NCBI RefSeq assembly: GCF_006345805.1
Contig: NW_021835687.1
Coordinates: 1-39,463, forward strand
Origin: Octopus sinensis
Taxonomy: Eukaryota
Length of the DNA: 39,463 bases
Direction: 5' to 3'
Part shown: piece by piece, positions 21,860 through 32,775 of the stretch
Numbering within the stretch: the first letter of the stretch is position 1
Layout: each line of letters starts with the position of its first letter
Program-made: the position numbers and the translations under genes
The notes under the pieces: generated by a model
Told to the model about the DNA's origin: nothing
The model's database searches: none
Seen by the model: only the letters and a program-made list of their open reading frames with translations

Positions 21860-21889
21860 GTATTTCTGACGTTCATCAGTTGAATTTAG
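20630..21889. repeat. Fold-back structure: unique 32 bp + (AAT)n + CR1 3' stub, repeated in inverted orientation
   Basis: 20630-20661 matches the reverse complement of 21858-21889 (1 mismatch). 21411-21476 matches the reverse complement of 21634-21699. Spacer 21477-21633. Confidence 0.85.
20707..21180 (+). mobile_element. Unclassified retroposon-like repeat ending in (AAT)n
   Basis: Non-coding; ends GCTCTCTCACTCAATAAA(TAA)n and sits inside the (AAT)n of the left fold-back arm. Resembles a common octopus repeat from memory only. Confidence 0.45.
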
Positions 21890-22454
21890 ACAATACTATT
21901 CTCTGTCATCGTTTTTTGTTAGTTACAAATAAGTATTTTGTTGTGTCTGGGGAGAATCATTCTCTTTTAGTGGGGTTTTTTTTTTTTATTTAACACACAC
22001 ACCGGTTCGATTTCCATTCATTACTTATTTACTTTTTCTAAAATTTTCTTTGCATCTTGCAACTGCTACAATAGTCATGCTTCAACACACGAATTCACAT
22101 AAAGAATCTTGCAAACCAAATTCAAATGATTGGACCAAAACTTGGCGAAAATCGCGGGTATTCAGTTTCACTTCCTTTTTTATTTTTTCTTTATTTTTTT
22201 TCTTTAATGCTCATGAAAAAATAAATACCTTGTATTATCGGGTTATCGGGTATCCTAGAGCTTATCATCTGAAAGAGAACTTTTTTCAAACTAGAAAAAT
22301 ATGCAGTCAAATACCTTAAAAGCTGGTATGCAAAAATATGTGTTGATTTTATATTCATTTTCTTTTTAATTTCATGTTCGAAACTTTCGATTCGAAAATT
22401 GTTTTGAAGTTTAAAAAACTGAAAACAATCATAATCTCAGATGTTTAAAACATA

Positions 22455-22849
22455 TTTACTCTTTTATTCTTTTACTTGTTTCAGTCATTTGACTGCGGCC
22501 ATGCTGGAGCACCTCCTTTAGTCGAGCAAATCGACTCCAGGACTTATTCTTTTGCCGAACCGCTAAGTTACGGGGACGTTAACACACCAGCTTCGGTTGT
22601 CAAGCGATGCTGGGGAGACAAACACAGACACACAAACACTCACACACATACCTATATATATATATAAGTTCAGCAAAATTTAGATTCAAATGAAGATGGT
22701 ACTTAAGTCAGATGCACCAGAATTTTATACGGTATTATCCATGTAAATCCATGGGGTGATTATAATCAAAGTAAGCAACAAGAATATCTTCGGTAATTTG
22801 GTATGATCGTTTCATGCTACATCCTTTTATTAAACATTGTAAGTATTAC

Positions 22850-22880
<31 letters not shown>

Positions 22881-23048
22881 TATGATGGGCTTCTTTCAGT
22901 TTCCGTCTACCAAATCCACTCACAAGGCTTTGGTCGACCCCCGAGGCTATAGTAGAAGATACTTGCCCAAGGTGCCATGCAGTGGGACTGAACCCGGAAT
23001 CATGTGGTTGGTAAGCAAGCTACTTACCACACAGCCACTCCGACGCCT
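22455..23048 (-). mobile_element. Composite type-A SINE with the same 184-bp cargo (22666-22849), copy 2
   Basis: Cargo boundaries are identical to copy 1 (AAGTTCAGCAAAATT ... AAGTATTAC). Flanks differ, and this copy has its own internal deletion in the SINE 3' half. Confidence 0.85.
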
Positions 23049-23162
23049 ATATTTGAAAAGAATTTTGAAAAGAATAAAAACTAAGAGGTTACAGAAGCTA
23101 GAGGTGGGGACGAGTTGCCTAATCGGGGCGAGAGGTACCTAACACCCAATTTTATTTATCCA

Positions 23163-23463
23163 CTAGCTGTATCGCCCGGCGTTGCTCGGGTTTAGAAGGG
23201 AAATAACTATATAGGCATTTTTAGAGAGTTACTTCCCTTATATAATAGCAAAAAATGCATTAAAAATGGAAAAAAATGATGGTAAATTTTTTTTTAAATT
23301 GTAGACTCATCGTAAATGCGCGCTAATACCCAGAAGGGCTCGATATGAATCACGACTATAAGATACCTGGTTTTGGTTAAACTGCACCGCAAAATGTGGG
23401 AGTAGTTAGGAATGTAAATCGTAGGAGACAGACAGCACACAACCTCTCTTTTATATATAAAGA
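23163..23463 (-). mobile_element. Non-autonomous Helitron-like element, copy 2
   Basis: A|TC...hairpin...CTAG|T on the minus strand; closely similar to 737-1116. Confidence 0.8.
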
Positions 23464-23949
23464 TTTTCGGGGAAATTGTAATTAAGGAAGCTCAAAAGAT
23501 AAATGTAAAAAAAAAAAATTACGGGTTTTCAATGTAATAGATAATTTCTGACTTTCTTCTCTAGCAATGCCTTATTACCTAATGTGTCCTTCCATTTTAA
23601 GGGTAGTTGGGTATAATTTGAGGAAGATTTTGGCTGCTATTTCTAGCAAGCCGAACAACCATGTAAAAGTTGATTCATTGGCTCTTAGGGATTTTGCTTT
23701 ATACTGAAGGAGAAATTCTTGAAAATGTGACACTGCTAAGTTATCAGGGTCATGAAGAAATGTCTGCTAATATATGATAACCACTTTGTAAAGATATTTC
23801 ATCCAAGGAATACCCCACAACAAGATGCTCCGTAAAACATTCCATGCACACATTAACAGAGAATTCTATAATTCTGTTTAAATCCAGTCGTAGAAAATGA
23901 ACCTCAACAAATTCCATCTGACCGATGCAAGCATGGAAAAATGGCATTA

Positions 23950-24547
23950 AATGATGATGGTGGTGGTGGTGGTGGTGGTGGTGGTGGTGGAGGCAAGGAG
24001 AAGGGATGATGATGAGGGGGTGGTGATGATGATGATGATGACGATGAGGAGGTGGAGGAGGAGAGGATGATGATGAGGAGGAGGAGGGGATGATGATGAT
24101 GATGAGAAAGAGGAGGGGAGAAGGAGGAGGAGAAGTGGTGATGATGATGACGATGAGGAGGTGGAGGAGGAGGAGGAGAGGATGATGATGAGGGGAAGGA
24201 GGGGATGATGATGATGATGAGAAAGAGGAGGGGAGGAGAAGGAGAGGTGGTGATGATGATGACGATGAGGAGGTGGAGGAGGAAGAGAGGATGATGATGA
24301 GGGGGAGGGGATGATGATGATGATGATGAGAAAGAGGAGGTGGAGAATGGGGAGGAGGAGGAGAGGATGATGATGATGGGGGAGGGGATGATGATGATGA
24401 TGATGAAAAAGAGGAGAGGGGAGGAGGAGGAGGAAGAAGTGCAGGAGGATGTTTGTTGTTATGTAAACTTCCTGTACAAGAACAGGGAAGCAAGATGTCT
24501 ACGTATAGGTATGTTTTTGAGTGCAAATATGCGAATGTTTATGAATG

Positions 24548-24600
<53 letters not shown>
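23950..24600. repeat. (GGT/GAT/GGA)n compound repeat followed by (TA)/(GT)n
   Basis: Direct reading; source of the 258-aa P/S/H ORF. Confidence 0.9.
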
Positions 24601-24605
<5 letters not shown>

Positions 24606-24969
24606 CATATAAACTTGTTGTTCAATAAGCATGTGCATATTAATGTTCTATTAGTGTGTGCAGCATGCATGCATATCTGTGCGCATGCACGAGGATTTGG
24701 GCATATCATATGTATGTGTGTGTATATTAATTTAGTTGAAACCAAGCCCGTTGCAAAGCTAACAGCTGTAATTGGTTGGAATTCATAGTCAATGTCTATT
24801 TGATAGACATTCAATGCATTTTTTTTATTAGCTGACCTTGTCTTCTTTATGTGGTTATTTGATATACTAGAAATAGCAGCAAAAATTCCTGAAATCTAAC
24901 CCTAATATCTTAACAAAAAAAAAAACGAAAATGGACATATTGAGTAATATGGTCCTAGGTATACAAACA

Positions 24970-25225
24970 GTGGAGGCACGTGGCTTAGTGGTTAGGGTGT
25001 CAGCATCATGATCGTAAGATTGTGGTTTCGATTCCTGGACCGGGTGACGCGTTGTGTTCTTGAGCAAAACACTTCATTTCACGTTGCTCCAGTCCACTCA
25101 GCTGGCAAAAATGAGTAACACTGCGATGGACTGGCATCCCGTCCAGCTGGGGAACACATATGCCATAGAAACCGGGAAACCGGGCCCATGAGCCTGGCTA
25201 GGCTTTAAAAGGGCGCATTTATTAT
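24970..25225 (+). mobile_element. tRNA-derived SINE type E with V-domain-like motif
   Basis: GGCTTAGTGGTTAGG (A box), GGTTTCGATTCC (B box), TTCTTGAGCAAAACACTT, and GCGATGGACTGGCATCCCGTCCAG (recalled as V-SINE-like). A related head with a different tail lies at about 38222-38560 (-). Confidence 0.7.
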
Positions 25226-25514
25226 TTTTTTTAGCAGGGTTGTCATATATGGAATACCTTTGATCATAGGTCTGCTTGAACAGGTTTGGCTTGGGCTAAT
25301 TTAGCACCACAAAAACATCAACACTGCAATCTTGAGCCTACAGTAGCTCTCAATTTTTTTGGACTTCATGGTATACTGGAAATAAATTTTTTTTTAAAAT
25401 GGCTGGTTCATTTTTCAAGGGAAGTTATGAAGGAAAAGTGTCCGATCTTGTATCTTTTACTTGTTTCAGTTATTAGACTGCGACCAGGCTGGGGCACTGC
25501 CTTGAAAAATAAGG

Positions 25515-25745
25515 CAGCGAGCTGGCAGAAATGTTAGCACACCTGGCGAAATGCGTAGCTGTATTTCGTCTGCCGTTACGTTCTGAGTTCAAATTCCGCC
25601 AAGGTCGACTTTGCCTTTCATCCTTTCGGGGTCAATAAATTAAGTACCAGTAACACACTGGAGTCGATGTAATCGACTTAATCCGTGTGTCTGTCCTTGT
25701 TTGTCCCTTCTGTGTTTAGCCCCTTGTGGGTAGTAAAGAAACAGA
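25515..25745 (+). mobile_element. SINE type B
   Basis: GGCAGCGAGCTGGCAGAAATGTTAGC...GTAGTAAAGAAA. Confidence 0.85.
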
Positions 25746-26505
25746 ATATTTAGTCAACTGAATCGACCCCAGTACTTATTTTTTGTTAAGCCAGGTACTT
25801 ATTCTATTGGTCTCTATTGCTGAACTGCTAAGTCATAGAAATGCAAAACCACCAACACTGGTTGTCAAGCTGTGGTGGGGGACAAATACAGACACAAAGG
25901 CACATACACATAGATATATACAATGGGATTCTATCAGTTTTCATCCACCAAATCCGCTCACAAGGGCTATAGAAGACACTTGCCCAAGGTGGCATACGGT
26001 GGAACTGAACCCAGAACCCTGAGGTTGGGAAGCAACTTTCTTACTACACAGTCATGCCTTTCAAAAAAAAAAATATATACTCTTTTTTTTTTACTTGTTT
26101 CAGTCATTTGACTGTGGCCATGCTGGAGCACCGCCTTTAGTCAAGCAAATCGACCCCAGGACTTATTCTTTGTAAGCCTAGTACTTATTCTATCGGTCTC
26201 TTTGGCCGAACCGCTAAGTTACGGGGACGTAAACACACCAGCATCGGTTGTCAAGCGATGTTGGGGGGGGGGGGGACAAACACAGATACACAAACACATA
26301 TACACACACACACATACACATACATATATATATACATATATACGACGGGCTTCTTTCAGTTTCCGTCTACCAAATCCACTCACAAGGCTTTGGTCGGCCC
26401 GAGGCTATAGTAGAATACACTTGCCCAAGGTGCCACGCAGTGGGACTGAACCCGGAACCATGTGGTTCGTAAGCAAGCTACTTACCACACAGCCACTCCT
26501 ATGCC
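25745..26505 (-). mobile_element. Two type-A SINEs (diverged 25745-26060; near full length 26085-26505)
   Basis: Same head, core and tail motifs on the minus strand. Confidence 0.85.
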
Positions 26506-26689
26506 TATATAGTAATAAAATAGATAAAAATAATGTTTATATTATTACTCATACATGTGTATGAAAAAAATTATGAGCCTAATGCATTTTCAAAGATACT
26601 CATGCATTAGTATAAGTTTTTTGAAAGCTTTTAATTATATTTTCCAAAATCTGTGGTGAACTTAGATAACCCTTGTATAACCTCAGTGC

Positions 26690-27345
26690 ATTGTGATACA
26701 CCATTTGGGATCTACTGCATTCTACACTGCCACTGAATTGGTAAATAAGCAAAAAATCAAAACAAAACAGCTGCTAAATCTAATCTATGGTCTTAACCCC
26801 AGGATATCAATCATCTGGAAGCCATTCAGTGACGTGCAACCAAAAGAATACCCTCCATCAGGCATTTGCCATATTCTGAACGCCTTACTTCCCTGGGCAT
26901 GGACACATTGAAACTCCAACGTCTGGCAGCTGACTTGGCAGACACCCATAAAATTATCAACCATCTTACAAAACAATAACTCTGAGCACCTTTTCAAACT
27001 CCACCCGTCTAACACCCGTGGACATATTTACAAAGTAAGAAAACAGCACAGCTCCCATGACTTTAGGAAACATTTTTCCATGCTGAGAGTTGCTGAAGCA
27101 TGGAACAAACTGCCGGCATCAGTTGTTAGTTGTTGGAGCACTGCATCCTTCAAAACTTCCATGATTTCTGAGATTCGCCAACACTACACCTGATTTTCTC
27201 CCCTCCAACACACACAAGCATGTATCTGACTCATGCATTGTTCGCTTTCCAGACATTTGTACACTAGTGCATGTGCTTTATATGCACTGTCTGACAAGTT
27301 GTGGTGCACCTGAGCACTGTATACAATAATTTCATTATTATATTT
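26690..27345 (+). mobile_element. CR1-clade LINE 3' fragment (ORF2 C-terminus, 3' UTR, (ATT) tail)
   Basis: RATKRIPSIRHLPYSERLTSLGMDTLKLQRLAADL...NTRGHIYKVRKQ...RKHFSMLRVAEAWNKLPASVV. The 3' end is GACAAGTTGTGGTGCACCTGAGCACTGTATACAATAATTTCATTATT. Confidence 0.9.
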
Positions 27346-27362
27346 TAAATTGTGTTAGATAT

Positions 27363-27614
27363 CACCTTGATCACCTTGACCGACCAGTCCGTCGGGCGTC
27401 AATTTGTCACCGCTGGTCACAGCACGCTGTCCACTCCTCTCTGGATCACGCCTTTCTCATTCTTGTGATCCCAATTGTCCTCCTAAAATCGTAACTCCAC
27501 CGTCGTGGAGGCCTTCCGGGTAGTCGTTTCCGCTCACGCGGGTACCACTCGACAACTGCGCGGGTCCACCGATTATCGGCGAGCCAGGCGACGTGTCCAG
27601 CCCATCTAAACTCC
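27363..27614 (-). mobile_element. Young 5'-truncated RTE-clade LINE stub (252 bp) with 12-bp TSD
   Basis: TSD TGTGTTAGATAT at 27351-27362 and 27615-27626. Minus strand FRWAGHVARLADNRWTRAVVEWYPRERKRLPGRPPRRW. Tail TCAAGGTGATCAAGGTG. CpG-rich. Confidence 0.92.
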
Positions 27615-27761
27615 TGTGTTAGATATAATGTATACTATTTATATTTGTTGGACTTGTGTCCTCATCTTGATTGATGCTTTTCACTACATTTTGGCTGTTG
27701 TATGCCCCAGCCTGCTTCTGGTGGATTGTGTTGTATCAGAATTTCCAACCTAACCCATTAA

Positions 27762-27981
27762 CCCTTTCATTACCAACCCGGCTGAAACCGGCTCTGGCTC
27801 TGAGTACAAATGTCTTGTTTCCATAAGTTTTGAATAAAAATCTTCCACCAAACCTTAGTCACAATTTATGTTCCTAATACTAGCTGAGTGATAGCTAAAT
27901 TATTTTACCAAATTCTTTGCTATACTTCAAGTAATTGAAAAAAACACAGAGCATCTCAAAATAAATACAGTAACGAAAGGG
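27762..27981. mobile_element. piggyBac-type MITE, copy 1
   Basis: TTAA|CCCTTTCATTAC ... GTAACGAAAGGG|TTAA. Confidence 0.9.
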
Positions 27982-28144
27982 TTAAACAAAATGGCAGTCA
28001 AATCTTCCCAACAAAATTATGACAACTGAAATCACTTGTTTCATGTCCTAAACTTTACAACCAAACAGCTAACACAGACAAAATGATCACAATGACAGAA
28101 ACTGACCCAAGTGGCAATGCTTAGAACCAGAAAACTACACTTAA

Positions 28145-28358
28145 CCCTTTTGTTACCAACCCAGCTAAAACCGGCTCTGGCTCTGAGTACAAATGTCTTG
28201 TTTTCATAAGTTTTGAATTAAAATCTTCCATCAAACCTTAGTCACAATTTATGTTCTTAACACTAGCTTAATGATAACTAAGTTATTTTACAGAATTCTT
28301 TGTTATATTTAAAATTAATTGAAAGAAATACAGAGAATCTCAAAATAAATACAGTAAC
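28145..28358. mobile_element. piggyBac-type MITE copy 2, right end truncated by a type-B SINE piece
   Basis: TTAA|CCCTTTTGTTAC; aligns to copy 1 up to ...AAATACAGTAAC. Confidence 0.85.
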
Positions 28359-28404
28359 TTATTTCTTTACTACCCACAAGGGGCTAAACACAGAGGGGAC
28401 AAAC

Positions 28405-28511
28405 AAGGACAGACACATGGATTAAGTCGATTATATCGACACCAGTGCGTAACTGGTACTTATTTACGCACTGGGGTCGATATAATCGACTTAAACCGTG
28501 TGTCTGTCCTT
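28405..28511. repeat. 48-bp inverted duplication of type-B SINE sequence (11-nt loop)
   Basis: 28405-28452 vs 28464-28511 differ at 3 positions. Confidence 0.9.
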
Positions 28512-28632
28512 ATATTTAAAATTAATTGAAAGAAAAAATGTTGTAGGATGGTCAATGATTGGAACGTTTTTGATCATATAACTTCTTGAATGGGTCCGAC
28601 TTAGGAACAAAATAACAATAGCAACAACAATC

Positions 28633-28664
<32 letters not shown>

Positions 28665-28676
28665 AGCAACGCTTAC

Positions 28677-28746
28677 AATATAATATTCCATCCTAAATCT
28701 GCAGCTAAGTAGGCCACTGGTGCACAACAATGTACACACCAACAAA
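28677..28746 (-). CDS. Weak candidate 70-nt exon
   Basis: Acceptor TTAACAG|, donor ATT|GTAAGC. Two frames are open (CWCVHCCAPVAYLAADLGWNII or LLVCTLLCTSGLLSCRFRMEYYI), and neither joins 18969 directly. Confidence 0.15.
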
Positions 28747-29395
28747 CTGTTAACTTAACCATGTGACATGCTGTACAAGGTCACATGGTACTGGTGGCAG
28801 CAGGTGGCCATTGACATGACCATAAATGAATATTCTACTATAATATAAATTTGTCTTCACACTACTGTATCAGAAACTTGTTTCACATATTTCAAAAGCT
28901 GTCTGACTCCACACCATACTTTTCTTTGTCACTGCTTTATATATTTATTTACTCTTTTACTCTTTTACTTGTTTCATTCATTTGACTGTGGCCATGCTGG
29001 AGCACCACCTTTTTAGTCGAGTAAATCGACCCCCAGGACTTATTCTTTGTAAGCCTAGTACTTATTTATCGGTCTCTTTTGCTAGAAAAATACACAGAAA
29101 AATACGCAGTTCAATACCTTGAAAGCTGATATGCAAAAATATGCATTGTTTTTATACTCTTTTACTCTTTACTCTTTTACTTGTTTCAGTCATTTGACTG
29201 CGGCCATGCTGGAGCACCGCCTTGAATTGAGCAACTTGACCCCAGGACTTATTCTTTTTGTAAGCCCAGTACTTATTCTATCGGACTCTTTTGCCGAACC
29301 GCTAAGTGACGGGGACGTAAGCACACCAGCATCGGTTGTCAAGCGGTTCCTTGTGTTTTGAGCTCAAATCTTGCAGACTTCCTCTGTACCTTTAA

Positions 29396-29555
29396 CCCCT
29401 TACTCGGCAGAAACGAATATATGCGTTTTGACCTAAATCGTTTTTTTCTATCTCTGGCAAGTTAACTCGTCAAAAGATAGACTCGCCAAAATCGACAATT
29501 AAAAAATAAGTCTGAAAAAATACATTTATTTTCAAAATAATTGTTGGGTAAGGGG
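29396..29555. mobile_element. Second piggyBac-type MITE family (160 bp)
   Basis: TTAA|CCCCTTACTCGGCA ... TGTTGGGTAAGGGG|TTAA. Confidence 0.85.
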
Positions 29556-29834
29556 TTAATTTCACAAGCAGGCTGGAACCCTCGTCGTGGTAACTAATGA
29601 AGTGCCAGTTGTCCTTCAACGAACCAGCTGATTTGTCATCCTCCCTTCATTGCCATTTCTTGACCTCATCAATGACCTGCCCTCATTGCACCAAGCCTCT
29701 CTCATCTTCAATCTCTGTTATTTACATTTATATTCTGTGAAGTTTGCGTGGGTGTGTGTGTGAGTGACCTTGTGAGTGTATGTACATGTAGGATAATGAA
29801 TGTGTGAGGGGCGTTGATGAACGGCAGACTGAAT

Positions 29835-30992
29835 GTATACTCTTACTCTTTACTCTTTTACTTTGTTTCAGTCATTTGACTGCGGCCATGCTGGAGCACC
29901 GCCTTTAGTCGAGCAAATCGACCCTGGGACTTATTCTTTGTAAGCCCAGTAACTTATTCTATCGGTCTCTTTTGCGGAACCGCTAAGTGACGGGGACGTA
30001 AACACACCAGCATCGGTTGTCAAGCAATGCTAGGGGGACAGACACAGACACACAAACACATACACACACATGCATATATATATATACATATATACGACGG
30101 GCTTCTTTCAGTTTCCGTCTACCAAATCCACTCACAAGGCATTGGTCGGCCCTAGGCTATAGCAGAAGACACTAGCCCAAGGTGCCACGCAGTGGGACTG
30201 AACCCGGAATCATGTGGTTGGTTAGCAAGCTACTTTCCACTCCTGCACCTATATAATATATTATATATATATATATATACATATATACGACGGGCTTCTT
30301 TCAGTTTCGTCTACCAAATCCACTCACAAGCATGGTCGGCCCTAGGATATAGCAGAAGACACTTGCCCAAGATGCCACGCAGTGGGACTGAACCCGGAAT
30401 CATGTGGTTGGTTAGCAAGCTACTTTCCACTCCTGCACCTATATATATATATATACATATATACGACGGGCTTCTTTCAGTTTCCATCTACCAAATCCAC
30501 TCACAAGGCATTGGTCGGCCCTAGGCTATAGCAGAAGACACTAGCCCAAGATGCCACGCAGTGGGACTAAACCCGGAACCATGTGGTTGGTTAGCAAGCT
30601 ACTTTCCACTCCTGCACCTATATATATATATATACATATATACGACGGGCTTCTTTCAGTTTCCGTCTACCAAATCCACTCACAAGGCATTGGTCGGCCC
30701 TAGGCTATAGCAGAAGACACTTGCCCAAGATGCCACGCAGTGGGACTGAACCCGGAATCATGTGGTTGGTTAGCAAGCTACTTTCCACTCCTGCACCTAT
30801 ATATATATATATATATATATACATATATACGACGGGCTTCTTTCAGTTTCCGTCTACCAAATCCACTCACAAGGCATTGGTCGGCCCTAGGCTATAGCAG
30901 AAGACACTTGCCCAAGATGCCACGCAGTGGGACTGAACCCGGAACCATGTGGTTGGTTAGCAAGCTACTTACCACACAGCCACTCCTGCGCC
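29835..30992 (-). mobile_element. Type-A SINE with five tandem 5' halves
   Basis: One 3' half (29835-30090), then units starting CGACGGGC at 30095, 30288, 30464, 30643 and 30830, separated by (TA)n. Type-A tail fragments also lie at about 28950-29085 and 29150-29345. Confidence 0.95.
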
Positions 30993-31314
30993 ATCCCAAC
31001 ATTTTTTTTTTTTAATCTTTGCAAATCTTTCTTAGTCAATCGCTCATCTTCTGCTACAATGCCATATTGAGCAATATACACATGCATCATATTATTAACG
31101 CTTGAGAGAAACCAGCTATTGAAGATGACAGCCACTTTACGGTCGAAGGCTTTATTAAATATATGAAAATAAGGGAGCAGGGGTAGTCAGTGGGATGGTA
31201 AATGGGGATACAGACCAGTTACTCATGTAATCAATAAGGCAGTTGAGAAAAGTCTCATGTCCAGTCATTGACGTAGCAGTGGCAAAGCGTGATCTGTACA
31301 GGGCAGCTATTTTA

Positions 31315-31474
31315 TATGTGTGCATGCATGTTTGTGTGTGTTTGTGTGTGTGTGTGTGTGTGTGTATGTTTGTGTGTGTGTGTGCGTGTATGTGTGTGTG
31401 TGTGTGTGTTTGTGTGTGTGTGTGCGTGTATGTGTGTGTTTCTGTGTGTGTTTGTGTGTATGTGTGTGCATGTA

Positions 31475-31525
<51 letters not shown>

Positions 31526-31537
31526 TTGAGTGTGTTT

Positions 31538-31590
<53 letters not shown>
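31315..31590. repeat. Interrupted (GT)n microsatellite
   Basis: Direct reading. Confidence 0.95.
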
Positions 31591-31964
31591 TCCTGTAGTC
31601 GAAAGACTTACATTTAAGAAAGCAGGATGGGAGGCCAATTTAGCTACCACACAAAATGACTAAAACCTATGTTACATCACTGAAGTGGAGCCATAGTGTA
31701 GCAGGTTCTAAAGTCGTGGGGAGTAGGCTCGTAAAAAAAAAAAAGACACGGTAACAGGCGCAGGAGTGGCTGTGTGGCTATAGCACTGAGGTGTAGCAGT
31801 ATCATCATCAACTGGTTCAAGGTAAAAAAAAGGGAGATTCCCTAGAGATAAACAACCACCGAGGTATCAAATGAATGGATCAGGTTACAAAAGAGTTTAT
31901 AGCACAAAAGAGGTTAAGGAAAAGGAATTAGCTTAAATGACATGCAATTCAAGGTTGTGTCAAA

Positions 31965-32775
31965 CATCATCATCATCATCACCATCATCATCGCCGTTGT
32001 CATTGTTATCATCATCATCATCACCATTATCATCGTCATTGTCATTGTTGTCGTCATCATCATCATCATTATCATCATCATCATCACCATCATCATCGCC
32101 GTTGTCATTGTTATCATCATCATCATCATTATCATCGTCATTGTCATTGTTGTCGTCATCATCATCATCATTATCATCATCATCATCACCATCATCATCG
32201 CCGTTGTCATTGTTATCATCATCATCATCACCATTATCATCGTCATTGTCATTGTTGTCGTCATCATCATCATCATTATCATCATCATCATCACCATCAT
32301 CATCGCCGTTGTCATTGTTATCATCATCATCATCACCATTATCATCGTCATTGTCATTGTTGTCGTCATCATCATCATCATTATCATCATCATCATCACC
32401 ATCATCATCGCCGTTGTCATTGTTATCATCATCATCATCACCATTATCATCGTCATTGTCATTGTTGTTGTCGTCATCATCATCATCATCATCATCACCA
32501 TTATCATCGTCATTGTCATTGTTGTTGTCGTCATCATCATCATCATCATCATCACCATTATCATCGTCATTGTCATTGTTGTTGTCGTCATCATCATCAT
32601 CATCACCATTATCATCGTCATTGTCATTGTTGTCATTGTCGTCATCATCATCATCATCATCATCATCACCACTATTATCGTCGTTGTCGTCGTCATCATC
32701 ATCATCATCACCATTATCATCGTTGTTGTCATTGTCGTCGTCATCGTCATCATCATCATCATCATCATCATCAAC
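31965..32775. repeat. (ATC)-based minisatellite with about 105-bp higher-order period
   Basis: ACCATCATCATCGCCGTTG recurs at 31981, 32086, 32188, 32293 and 32398, followed by shorter about 50-57-bp units. Confidence 0.9.

Noticed and set aside
21858-21889. CTGATGA-ACGTCA-GAAA on the minus strand in the fold-back flank
   Set aside because: No stem II, stem III or NUH site can be formed, and the other arm reads TTGATGA; treated as chance.
29835-30992. CRISPR-like repeat-spacer appearance of the tandem array
   Set aside because: The units are about 180-bp SINE heads separated by (TA)n, with no unique spacers and no cas genes, in a eukaryotic context.
31604-31651. Candidate minus-strand exon SFCVVAKLASHPAFLN with a GTAAGT donor
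   Set aside because: Weak acceptor and phase-incompatible with the next candidate; insufficient support.
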